DNA of 63,092 nt, filler included, from Tortispora ganteri (Eukaryota), in NCBI GenBank assembly GCA_003707115.1. It is 27 parts of 27 records of this genome, joined end to end, with 100 filler letters (N's around TTAATTAATTAA, not from the genome) between each part and the next. Parts side by side here need not be neighbours in the genome. Positions count along the whole stretch, not along the records: positions 20,846 to 23,218 come from PPNB01000130.1; positions 23,319 to 25,681 come from PPNB01000131.1; positions 25,782 to 28,118 come from PPNB01000132.1; positions 28,219 to 30,546 come from PPNB01000133.1; positions 30,647 to 32,957 come from PPNB01000134.1; 22 more parts are not named here. One strand, 5' to 3'. This document shows, piece after piece, positions 21,448 through 33,057 of this stretch (the stretch's first letter is position 1; each line of letters opens with the position of its first letter). Below the pieces are notes generated by a model. The model was not told where the DNA came from. It made no database searches and saw only the letters and a program-made list of their open reading frames with translations. The translations under genes and the position numbers were made by a program.

Positions 21448-23218
21448 ATACCAAACTTTAATTGGAAATTAAAGCTTCTTATTGGCTGCTTTGTTACCCT
21501 AACCTGATTTAGGAATTAGGCCTTCTGATTGGTCAATATTGTTTTAAACTCTAATTTTTTGAATAAACTGTGCAGCTAATTGATTGGCTAATATAAGGTT
21601 TATACTGCCTAATCGGGATATATTGCCTCGGCTCAAAACCTTAATCGCTAAAGATCGTCAACCATTATAGCAATATATCTCTGTAATACTGTATGGTTTC
21701 ACTGCGCACTGAAGATACAGTAGTTATAGCATAAAATTAATGTCTTCGGCTAAAGTATTCGCAATATTCCATTTGCCGTAGCCTGAAGATCTATAATATC
21801 TTCTGCTTTGTCTCACTGCATGCTCTCAACGTACAGTGCTAGGCACCCACTAGGCGAAAAGATGCGCTGCTTTAAAATGCTACAAACCCAAATAATAATG
21901 TGTTTCCAGCACTTTTATTGCCAAAATATTAACTGATCGGTGATACTAGTAGTTTGAAACTATGTTCACGTTCGTGCATGTCGTTTCGCCGGCATTGGAA
22001 CCGAATCAACAAAATCAACGATACATGCCCTCATGGTCGTCGGCAAGCAGTGCAGAAATTGGAATTGCATGTTCATTGCACGTTAAAATGCAACATCACA
22101 AAATAAACTTGATGCAAATAGTAGGAACATAAATGTTCACAGCTTCAATTGCTTTTCGACGGTATATACAACTGATTTGGACTTTATTACAATAATATCA
22201 AACTTATCTAAAACTGCCAAGGTTGGCAAGGGGAATTATAGGGCAGGCTATATATGTTCCTTCAACCTGCCACAGCAGTATATAACCATTAAAACTCCAC
22301 TAAATAATCGATTATTCTTCGACTATCTTTATCACAGTTTTAGGGCATGTTTATACAGCATTTGGCGCGTCTTGTGGCTTCTAATTAGCAGAATCGCGAG
22401 AATCGTGTGCAAATGGTGGAATGGCAAAAAACACCAAGGCTACACCCTTGGTAATTTTTCGGCTTTCGCGAAAATCTTGAATTTTCTAAAGTGGTCATTA
22501 TAGCGGTCCAAACGCCACCAAAACACTCAAATATCGTTCCCTTGTGCATATAATACCTTCAAGGAGTGTTTTCTGCAGCTGGTGACAGTTTACTGTGAAA
22601 ACCGTGAAAATCGTGAAAATCTCGAAAATCGCAAAAAACACCAAGGCTATAGCCTTGGTAAATTTTCAGATTTCACGAAAATCTTGATTTTTTAGAGATT
22701 GCTCTTAAAGCCTCTAAAACGTCAGTAAATACTCAAATAACCGATCATTATGCTTAGAATATCTTCAGAGCCTCTTCTAGGCCTTTCACGCGGCTCATGA
22801 TAGTTCGCCAACAAAATTGAGCAAATCGCAGTACTCGTAAAAACCACCAAAGCCACCTGCTTCTACTTTGAGAAACACGCTATCTATCGATATGCCAGAT
22901 CATTATCTGCTATTTTGTCTCTGACTTAGTATTGGCTGTCTTGCCTTAAACTCAGATACCTTCACTTCGGCTTCCATACTTTACTTTTGGTAGTCTTACT
23001 TTACTTTCGGTGGTCTCAGTTTCTCTTTGTGTGGTTTCTGGTCCTTAGCTTGGTACCTAAGCTGCTTGAGTGCATCTGTGACTATCTTGCAGCAAATCGT
23101 TGTTCGTCAAGCTGTTGCAAAGCAAGCATTAGATCTTCGAGACAACCAGTTTGATTAGGCTCTATTCTGGCGTATCAAGAGTATACCTACGTTCTTGTGT
23201 GTCAGCTAAATTGCGATT
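21448..23218. repeat. Dispersed multi-copy block flanking the array (shared with 40060-40850, 53260-54050 and 62031-63092 in opposite orientation)
   Basis: Colinear reverse-complement similarity read by eye; contains only broken reading frames and ~205-bp direct repeats. Confidence 0.9.
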
Positions 23219-23318
23219 NNNNNNNNNNNNNNNNNNNNNNNNNNNNNNNNNNNNNNNNNNNNTTAATTAATTAANNNNNNNNNNNNNNNNNNNNNNNNNN
23301 NNNNNNNNNNNNNNNNNN

Positions 23319-25681
23319 CAATACTAGAACTTAGTGCATTACTTGAAGCAGTAGAAATAACTGAGCCGGATGTAACACTAGAACTTGCAGTCAAACTCGA
23401 AGATCCGGGGCCTACTGATGAGCCTGGTACAACACTAGAGCCGGGTACAGCCGAAGATCCTGATATAACACTAGAGCTGGATGCAGCTGAAGATCCTGAA
23501 GCAGCCGAAAATCCTGAAGCAGCTGAAGATCCTGAAGCAGCTGAAGATCCCGAAGCAGCTGAAGATCCTGAAGCAGCTGAAGATCCCGAAGCAGCTGAAG
23601 ATCCTGAAGCAGCTGAAGATCCTGAAGCAGCCGAAGATCCTGACGCAGCCGAAGATCCTGATAAAACACTAGAGCCGGGTGCAGCTGAAGATCCTGACGC
23701 AGCCGAAGATCCTGATACAACACCAGAGCTGGGTGCAGCCGAAGATCCTGATAAAACACTAGAGCTGGGTACAGCTGAAGATCCTGATACAACACTGGAG
23801 CTGGGTGCAGCTGAGGATCCTGACGCAGCCGAAGATCCTGATAAAACACGAGAGCCGGGTGCAGCCGAAGATCCTGATACAGTCGAAGATCCTGATAAAA
23901 CACTAGAGCTGGGTGCAGCCGAAGATCCTGATAAAACACTAGAGCTGGGTACAGCTGAGGATCCTGACGCAGCTGAAGATCCTGATACAACACTGGAGCT
24001 GGGTGCAGCTGAGGATCCTGACGCAGCCGAAGATCCTGATACAACACTGGAGCTGGGTGCAGCTGAGGATCCTGACGCAGCCGAAGATCCTGATAAAACA
24101 CTAGAGCCGGGTACAGCCGAAGATCCTGACGCAGCTGAAGATCCTGATACAACACTAGATCTGGGTGCAGCTGAGGATCCTGACGCAACTGAGGAGCTAG
24201 AGGCTGCTGAGGATCCGGCTGCTGCACTTGAGGCAGAAGAAAGTTGACTAGTGCTAGAATTTCCATATGAGCTCCGTCCAAAACTGGATTTCAGTGCAGT
24301 GCTAGAGGCAGATGCAATTGCTGGAGAAGATAATGTGGTTGGAACGGAAGTCACGCTAGAGCTTGAGGCGAGACTCGAGCTCGGTGCGGTAGAAAAACTG
24401 GGAGAAGCTGAAGATCCCGAGCCGATGCTAGAGTCGGAAGCTGCAGACGACTCGAAAGCAATAGAGGATCTAGATGCAATTGAGCTAGCAGCACCTAAAG
24501 AACTGGAAACAATAGTAGATCCTGAGGCACCTGAGCTAGGTGCAGTTGAAGAGCTAGAAACAACAGATGATCCTGAGGCAACTGAGCTAGGTGCAGTTGA
24601 AGAGCTAGAAACAACAGATGATCCTGAGGCAACTGAGCTAGGTGCAATTGAAGAACTGGAAACAGCAGATGATCCTGAGGCTATTGGGCTAGGTGCAATT
24701 GAAGAGCTAAAAACAACTGATGATCCCGAGGCTATTGGGCTAGGTGCAATTGAAGAGCTAAAAACAACTGATGATCCCGAGGCAACTGAGCTGGGTGCAA
24801 TTGAAGAGCTAAAAACACCAGATGAACCTGAGGCAACTGAGCTAGGTGCAATTGAAGAGCTAGAAACAACAGAAGACTCCGGAAAAACACTAGATTCCGA
24901 TATAATCGATAGGGCTGAACTAACTGAAGGAATAGGATTAACCGGCTCAGGTGATCCACTTGTAGAAGCAGACACAGATATGGATATTGTCTCGCCACTA
25001 GTAGTAGTGAACACAATACTCACGGTCACGGAAACCCCAGCTTGACGCTTGAATTGACCCGCCGATCCAAAGCCCGCAACAGGAATGACTATACGGATTG
25101 GGTACAAGAACCCACCGGCAAAGTCGACCGGAAAACTTGCCTTGAACCCATTCGAACTGTCCAGAGGGGCAGTGGCAGAAGAGCCAGAAGAACCAATAAG
25201 ATCCATGTTATCGCACCGCATAGCCAATTCGCCATCAAAGAGGTATGCGTAAGTATCTGCAAAGTTACTAGGATCCTGTCCCTGTACATCTACAAACGCA
25301 ACGTCGGCTGATGGTTCAAGGTAGAAAAGGTACTCGACATAGCCCTGTTCGGATACTGATGCCGATATAGAGTTTGACGAGACTGTAGCGGCCACATTGT
25401 CTCGTTGGTAGTTCCTGTACTCACCGTTCTGGATATCGCTCGACGACAAGTCTACTGCGCTCTCGTATATAGCGGCAAATACTTTGCCTGCGCTGTAAGC
25501 AGCAGTAGTTGAGCATGCGTCTGCAGGCACAGTCGTGGGAGCTGTCGTTGGAACAGTTACTGTAGCTGTAGTGGGTGGCGTAGCGGGGTGAGTAGGCGGA
25601 GGCGTAGGTGCTATAGTCTCCGTGATAATGACTGGAATCTCAATAGAGACGTGCACGTCAACCGACACGGACATGGACACG
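23319..25681 (-). CDS. Family member: PA14/GLEYA-like domain 1 followed by SGSS repeats (both ends truncated; continues into 13303)
   Basis: Domain nearly identical to domain 1 of 5948-7967 (NGEYRNYQRDNV, AMRCDNM, YPIRIVIPVAGFG..GQFKRQ). Confidence 0.8.
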
Positions 25682-25781
25682 NNNNNNNNNNNNNNNNNNN
25701 NNNNNNNNNNNNNNNNNNNNNNNNNTTAATTAATTAANNNNNNNNNNNNNNNNNNNNNNNNNNNNNNNNNNNNNNNNNNNN

Positions 25782-27759
25782 TAAGCCTAGCAGCTTCTTT
25801 CTTTTGCGCTTTTTCTGCTTCAACCTTAACTTTTTCTTCGCGTTGTTTAACAAGTTCAGCAATCTCTTCTTCTGAAAGGAATTTGATCAATGCAGCTGCG
25901 TCTTTTCTGTCGTCCAAACTAACGCCTATTTTTGGCAATGTAATGTCTCGCATTTCGTCGCATAATTTAAGAATATCTTTAGTGGAACCGTTGTTCATAG
26001 CAATATTGCGTATATTGTCGCGGAACGAAGATAGTGCCTTCACATAAGGTAGAACAACTTCTTCCTTATTATTAAGGCCAACCTCGCCCGAACTAGTCGT
26101 AGGCCAGCCTATGCGATCGTCATTTGAATTGAGCCCAAATATGTCAAGCATACGCGTGATATATCTAGCAATTTCTGTAACCGCTGAAAGACCAGGTTTG
26201 GTGGAGGATTTGAGGTATACGTTGACATTCTGAATTAGCTCGAGCAAGACTGTGATAGCAGAAGGAGTAGACAGGTTGTCGCACAGAGCATCATGTACTG
26301 CCACACGTGCTTCATCAAGTTTCTTAAACAGTTCTAGCTCGTCATTTTCCACCCTTGTAGGGCTATCAGCCTTATCGGCGCGCTCGCGTAGTAGCGCGTG
26401 TACATTTGTGAAGAACTTAGTAAAAGTAGAGTCGACAGCGCGCACTTCGGAGAGCAGGCTTTCCTTGAAGTCCAGCGGTTTGTTCCATTGTTGCATTATA
26501 AAGACAAGTCTTATTTGACGAGCAGAGTACTTCTTGAGACCGTCTTTAATGGTGATGAAGTTCTTAAGACTCTTACTCATTTTCTGACCTTCTATGTGTA
26601 GATGACCAGTGTGCAAAAAATAGTTGATCCATTGAGGACAATCGAAACAGGCTTCAGACTGGGCGAGTTCGTTATCATGATGTGGAAACGCAAGATCTAT
26701 ACCGCCTGAATGAATATCTATATTGGGTCCAAGTATTTTAGAGGCCATAGCCGAGCACTCTATGTGCCAGCCAGGACGACCTTTACCCCAGGGAGAGTTC
26801 CAAAAGGGCTCGCCCGGTTTGGAACTTTTCCATAGCGCAAAGTCATTAGGATGGCGTTTTGGTCCTTTAGCGGAAAGACTTCCTTCACCTTCTTCTATAA
26901 GCGCCTGTTGGCCTTTACTCTCCGGTTGGAGCTTGACGTATGTGTGGCCTTCAGCTTCATCAAAAGCAACGGTGTCAAAATACACTGTTCCGTCGACCTC
27001 ATAACCGTAGCCCTTTTTGACAATCTCCTCAACAAAGGTAACAATCTCAGGCATGTACTCTGAGACTCGAGTGACTGCCGATGGCGGAAGTACATTGAGT
27101 GCGGCCATATCCTTATTGAAGTCGTTCTCCCAGTAGGCGGCGAGTTTTCTGAAAATCGAAGAATCTGTGATTGTTGCGCCCTGTGTCTTGTCAAGATAGA
27201 GGACAAGGACGTCATGTGCGAGTTCGTAAAACTTATCCTTGTCAGTGTCTGAGAGCTCTAAGGCGCGTTTTGCGTCGTACAGAGCAGCCCGGTGGACCTT
27301 TTCAGAGACAGGGGTATTTGTTGAAACAGGTTCAATAGTTTCCAGAACGGCACCTGGTAGTTTACAATCTGCATATACGGGCCAGGCTTTCTGTAAAGTA
27401 ATTTTTGCATCAGCTACAGAAGTGGATGAAGAGAATTGTTCAAAAAGGTGGTTTTGTCTTGCACGAACGATAATTTTATCGTCGACGTCTGTCACATTCT
27501 GTACAAATTCGATATCGTAGCCAAAATAGTCACGCAAAACGCGTCTTGAAATATCAGTAGAAACGTAATTGCGCGCGTGGCCCATATGTGCTGCATCATA
27601 GACAGTAGGTCCGCAGCAGTACCATGTTATCTTGTTAGACTTGGTTACAAACGGAACTTTTGATTTTGTCAGCGAGTTATATACATTGATACCTTTAGCA
27701 GTACCTTCAGGTTTGATCCAGGACATTTTAGAAAAAAGGCGGATAAAGCCTAGACGCAT
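25782..27759 (-). CDS. CRS1: Cysteinyl-tRNA synthetase, copy/allele B (3' truncated)
   Basis: Near-identical to 2747-4724, with the same contig start. Amino-acid differences seen: GVV/GAV, STS/STN, WDS/WNS; the other SNPs noticed are synonymous. Confidence 0.95.
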
Positions 27760-27895
27760 ACAAAAAAGTTCCTACAAAGAGTCACTGTCGTTTAGAAGAA
27801 AATTGAGTATTTTGACAATACCCAAAGTAGGGTTGTGCCAATTTAAACTAATGATGTGAAATGTTGGCATAGCAACTACATCTCCCAGTTCCTTT

Positions 27896-28118
27896 GAGGA
27901 TCAATGGGTGAACGCTTGAATCACCAGTACTATATAGGGGATTACTGTGCAGGACTCCTCCCTTAGCAACGTAAATTGTTTTGCTCATAATTCCTTCAGA
28001 AGTGGCTGAAATTTAATGAAAATAAGTGTGTTTTAATTGAAATTGCTAGATCTTTCGAATGGTAGTATTTTGGAGGCTAAATTCGGCGATTTGGGGGGAA
28101 AAGTCACCCACCGCGAGG
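27896..28118 (+). mobile_element. Terminus of unclassified insertion element (GAGGATCAATGGGTG...), site 1, in the CRS1-NPA3 promoter
   Basis: Matches the empty allele up to ...CAGTTCCTTT (4860), then switches to sequence shared with 52207 and 60807. Confidence 0.88.
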
Positions 28119-28218
28119 NNNNNNNNNNNNNNNNNNNNNNNNNNNNNNNNNNNNNNNNNNNNTTAATTAATTAANNNNNNNNNNNNNNNNNNNNNNNNNN
28201 NNNNNNNNNNNNNNNNNN

Positions 28219-28758
28219 CGAAACTGAACTATCTTCAGTAGATATCTGAGTGGATGATACTGTCGATAGTGAATTCGAACTCTCTGAAGATAAACTCTGA
28301 AAAAGAGAAGAAGAAGCCGAGGAAGACGACTGGAATATAGGAGCAATGCTGCCGGTTGCTAAAGATGTAGGTTTATTAGACGAAAGCAAAGTAGACCGAT
28401 ATATTGGAGCAACATTAGCAGTAGTGGAAGCAGCAGGAACGGTAGTAGGAATAGTAACGACGATCGGTACTTGGACACTAACAGTTGCGTCTATAGAAAT
28501 AGAAACATCAATTTGCTCGTAGTAGCCCCAAACATACGTGTGGTCATTGCTGACAAGTGGAGGTTTTAGTACATAAGTGACAACCGTAGGATGACATTCA
28601 TAACAATACCAGCCATCAACGTAAGTGATAGTGCTTGTGCAATCATCACCATAGACGGTAGCTAGTCCCTTAGTCGAGGAGGAAGAACGAGCATATACTG
28701 TGGTAGTATCTACCGGAGGCTCACACAGGTAAGTCTCAATTTCCGTGATTGTTTTCAT
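28219..28758 (-). CDS. Subfamily B adhesin-like gene, 5' part
   Basis: MKTITEIETYLCEPPVDTTTVY...GWYCYEC.P...PPLVSNDHTYVWGYYE module; in-frame TAG shortly upstream. Confidence 0.72.
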
Positions 28759-29499
28759 CCTTGGAGAAGGAAAGAAGATCTAAAAAGGGCGAAAAGCCCC
28801 TGCAGATATAAGTCATCAGTTTAGATCGACTGGGTGAATTAAGGTTGTAAGAATGTTGTACTAAAAATTAAAATAACGTTATAGAACGGTTAGATAATGA
28901 AGCGAGTACGAACGTTATAGTGTTATTAGTGTTGAGTTCGCCACTTTTGTGGGCGCCAACATTGATCGATGCATCTAAATATCACAAAATAAAATATGAG
29001 AAAATTAGCACATTGATCTGTGTATTAAAAAACAAAATGTGACATACAAGTGGCACATATTTTAGCAATTTGCACAAATAGCTTATTTGACTGTTTATCA
29101 AATTATTAGAGTTATATTTTAGACAGACTGGGTAGTCTATGAATTGCTCCCCAATGCTTATGTGTACCGGACATGACTAGTAGGCAACCTTATCTCTTAA
29201 GGCCGGTATAAGGTGTCTTTATATAGATGATAAATTTGCTTATGCTCATTTAGGGGATTTTTTATATAAGACTCTAGTGGTGCTTTGATTATTTGGGGTT
29301 AACCCTGGTGCTTATTCAAGCGGTCTAATCCTCGATCAAGTGATTGGGTTGAATAGTCTTGCCATAAAGAAATCTTAACAACTTGGTATATTTACCATTA
29401 CATGGGGTATAATATATACGTATTATTGTGTATTTGAGAACAAATATATACGACATCACAGTATTCGCCAAGTTCAAAGGGTGAAAGACATATCAGGAA

Positions 29500-30546
29500 C
29501 TAAACGTTTTTGGGTACAGGTGTAATATCAGAAGACCCCTGAACACTAATAGTGGTATCAAATCTCAGCAGAGTTTTAAACTGACCCAGTAAATACATAT
29601 TTTTGTCAGCTTGCTCTACTGATACATAACGCAAAGGATACCATAAATCAGCTTCCACATTAATTTTAAGTTCTGCACTTCCGGAACCACCTAGTGGCAT
29701 AACCACGTAACTCATTTTTGCCGTGGTATTTATACCACCTTCTCCTATTGCTCTCATATCTTTGCACGACATAGCTGAACCACCTAGGTATAAGTAACTA
29801 TCATGGTAATACTCCATAAGAGGATTTATAAGACTAGTTGTTCTGCTATGCACCGTTATGATATTGCATACGCCATTAGTTCTTATATAGAACAAAGTCT
29901 CAGATATTATAACTGCAGGAGACGATATTCTAGTGGAATATGACAGCGAGGTGGAATCAATGTGTAGATTTGACCGAGTGGCATTTAATTTCCTGTATTC
30001 TCCGTTAGCAAAATATGCATCGTCCCATTCCCTAGATGGCGTGGAATAATTCGCAAAGAAAGCCACGCCTTGAGTGTGGTTTAGTGAGCTGCACGTGGTC
30101 TCAGGAAGTAGAGAAGAAGACGGAATGTAGACACTCGAGCTCGAAGCTGCAGAAGATGAACTGACATCACTCGTACTAACGGTGGTCGATGAAGGAGGAG
30201 AAATCGAAATAATACTTGACTGGACAGAAGAGCTAGGTAAAAGTGAGGAACTAGGATCAATAGAGGAACTAGGATCAATAGAGGAACTAGGTTCTAATAT
30301 CGATATAGTGCTAGAGCTAGTAGAAATACTAGAAGTGATGAGAGAACTGTTCGAGTAATGATTAGCAGATGAAGATAACGCCGAAACTGAACTATCTTCA
30401 GTAGATATCTGAGTGGATGATACTGTCGATAGTGAATTCGAACTCTCTGAAGATAAACTCTGAAAAAGAGAAGAAGAAGCCGAGGAAGACGACTGGAATA
30501 TAGGAGCAATGCTGCCGGTTGCTAAAGATGTAGGTTTATTAGACGA
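29500..30546 (-). CDS. Subfamily B adhesin-like gene, 3' part with variable PA14/GLEYA-like domain
   Basis: Frame open from the contig end at 30546 to the stop at 29500; NGEYR, ETLFYI, DSYLYLGGSAMSC..M..IG, LWYPLRYV. Confidence 0.75.
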   Translation of the reverse strand, partial: SSNKPTSLATGSIAPIFQSSSSASSSLFQSLSSESSNSLSTVSSTQISTEDSSVSALSSSANHYSNSSLITSSISTSSSTISILEPSSSIDPSSSIDPSSSLLPSSSVQSSIISISPPSSTTVSTSDVSSSSAASSSSVYIPSSSLLPETTCSSLNHTQGVAFFANYSTPSREWDDAYFANGEYRKLNATRSNLHIDSTSLSYSTRISSPAVIISETLFYIRTNGVCNIITVHSRTTSLINPLMEYYHDSYLYLGGSAMSCKDMRAIGEGGINTTAKMSYVVMPLGGSGSAELKINVEADLWYPLRYVSVEQADKNMYLLGQFKTLLRFDTTISVQGSSDITPVPKNV

Positions 30547-30646
30547 NNNNNNNNNNNNNNNNNNNNNNNNNNNNNNNNNNNNNNNNNNNNTTAATTAATT
30601 AANNNNNNNNNNNNNNNNNNNNNNNNNNNNNNNNNNNNNNNNNNNN

Positions 30647-30690
30647 GGAGGCTCACACAGATAAGTCTCAATTGCCGTGATTGTTTTCAT
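30647..30690 (-). CDS. 5' end of the next tandem subfamily B copy
   Basis: MKTITAIETYLCEPP, paralogous to the start at 28758, with homologous upstream sequence. Confidence 0.65.
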
Positions 30691-31444
30691 CTTTGGAGAA
30701 GGAAAGAAGATCTAAAAGGGCGAAAAGTCCCCGCAGATATAAGCCATCAGTTTAGATCGACTGGATGAATTAAGGTTGTAAGAGTGTGTACTAAAAATCG
30801 AAATAACGTTATAGAACGGTCAGATAATGAAGCGAGTAGGAACGTTTTAGTGTTACTAGTATAGAGTTCGCCACTTTTGTGGGCGCAAACATTGAAAAAA
30901 CACTACGGGATATCATAGTACATAACACGTAGAAATTTAGCATATTGATCTCTGTATGAAATAATCATTAGTAAGATCCAAGTGACAGACTTATCAGTCA
31001 TTTCTGGCAGTAGCTTATTTATTGGCTTGTTTCCTTGAATGTTAGAGTTATAGTTTAGGCATATTGGGTATAGTTTATAAGGTACACCAATGCTTCTGTG
31101 CATTTAATCTGTCTACCATACATACTTATTTCTCAAAGTCAATATGAGGTGTTTTTATAAATGGCACATTTGCTCATGCTCGTATAGGCTTCCTTGCATG
31201 CGACTCTAGTGATGCTTTGATGATACGGGACTCGAAGTTGGTGTTTAGGGAAGCGCTTTAATGCTCAGTTAGGTATCGGGTTGAATTGTTTTGTCATTAA
31301 CAAACTACTTGGACTTAACAAATGTGTATTAGCAAGCACATGCGGTACAATATACACTTAAGAATATTTACTATGTACTTGAAAGCAAATATACAGGAAA
31401 TCGCAGTATTTATCCAGTTCAAAGGGTGACAGACATATCAGCAA

Positions 31445-32957
31445 CTAATCGTTTTTTGGTACAGGATCAATATCAGAAGACCCCTGAACACTAATAGTAG
31501 TATCAAATTCCAGCAGAGTTATATACCGATTCCCTGAATAGATATCACCACTATCGTACTCTACTGATACATAACGCAAAGGATACCATAAACCAGCTTC
31601 CATAGTACTGTCAAGTTGTGCATTTATGGAACTACCAAATATTAGAGAAATCCGTACACTAATTTTTGCCATGCTAGTTGTACCACCTTCTCCTATTGCT
31701 CTCATATCTTTGCACGACATAGCTGAACCACCTAGGTATAAGTAACTATCGTGGGTATACATCACATCAGGATTTGCAGAGCTATTTACTTTGTTCGTCA
31801 CCGTCATAAAATTTATTCCGCCATTAGTTCTTATATAGAACAAAGTCTCAGATATTATAACTGTAGCATGCGGTACCAGATTGGTATATGACAGCGAAGT
31901 GGAATCAATGTCAAGATTCGACCGAGTGGCATTTAATTTCCTGTATTCTCCATTAGCAAAATATGCATCGTCCCAGTCCCTAGATGGTGTGGAATAAGTC
32001 GCAAAGAAAGCCGCGCCTTGAGTGTAGTTTAGTGAGCTACACGTGGTCTCAGGAAGTAGAGAAGAAGACGGAATGTAGACACTCGAGCTCGAAGCTACCG
32101 AAGATGAACTGATATCACTCGTACTAACAGTAGTCGATAAGGGAGGGGCAATCGAACTAGTACTTGATTGGACAGAAGAGCTAGGTAAAATTGAGGAACT
32201 AGGTTCAATAGATGAACTAGGATCAAAAGATGAACTAGATTCAACAGATGAACTAGATTCAACAGATGAACTAGATTCAATAGATGAACTAGATTCAATA
32301 GATGAACCAGGATCAAAAGATGAACTAGGATCAAAAGACGAACTAGATTCAATAGACGAACTAGGTTCAATAGACGAATTAGGTTCAATAGACGAACTAG
32401 GTTCAATAGACGAACTAGGTTCAATAGACGAACTAGGTTCAATATATGAACTAGGTTCCAATATCGATATAGTGCTAGAGCTAGTAGAAATACTAGAAGT
32501 GATGAGAGAACTGTTCAAGTAATGATTAATAGATGAAAATAACGCCGAAACTGAACTATCTTCAGTAGATATCTGAGTGGATGATATTGTCGATAGTGAA
32601 TTCGAACTCTCTGAAGATAAACCCTGAAATAGAGAAGAAGAAGCAAAGAAAGAAGACTGGAATATAGGAGCAATGCTGCCCGTCGCTAAAGATGTAGGTT
32701 TATTAGACAAAAGCAAAGTAGATCGATATATTGGAGCAACATTAGCAGTAGTGGAAGGAGCAGGAACGGTAGTAGGAATAGTAACGACGATCGGTACTTG
32801 GACACTAACAGTTGCGTCTATAGAAATAGAAACATCAATTTGCTCGTAGTAGCCCCAAACATACGTGTGTTCATTGCTGACAAGTGGAGGTTTTAGTACA
32901 TAAGTGACAACCGTAGGATGACACTCATAACAGTACCAGCCATCAACGTAACTGATA
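31445..32957 (-). CDS. Subfamily B adhesin-like gene (5' truncated) with SSSIEP repeats
   Basis: Paralog of 28219-30546; 18-bp SSS(I/F)(E/D)(P/S) repeats expanded; C-terminal domain with WYPLRYV. Confidence 0.75.
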
Positions 32958-33057
32958 NNNNNNNNNNNNNNNNNNNNNNNNNNNNNNNNNNNNNNNNNNN
33001 NTTAATTAATTAANNNNNNNNNNNNNNNNNNNNNNNNNNNNNNNNNNNNNNNNNNNN

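Noticed and set aside
22177..22503. 108-aa ORF conserved in two copies (also 62743-63069)
   Set aside because: TTG start, crosses the variant breakpoint and runs into the palindromic repeat; conservation is explained by recent duplication.
23412..25045. Alternative-frame and antisense ORFs in repeats (QDLQL, ELGAIEE; also QHRSTAT types at 13872-15773 and 19053-20735)
   Set aside because: Stop-free by repeat periodicity; no independent coding evidence.
25782..27759. True duplication of CysRS
   Set aside because: The identical contig boundary, near-identical promoter up to the insertion and few SNPs favour alleles; not fully excluded without depth data.
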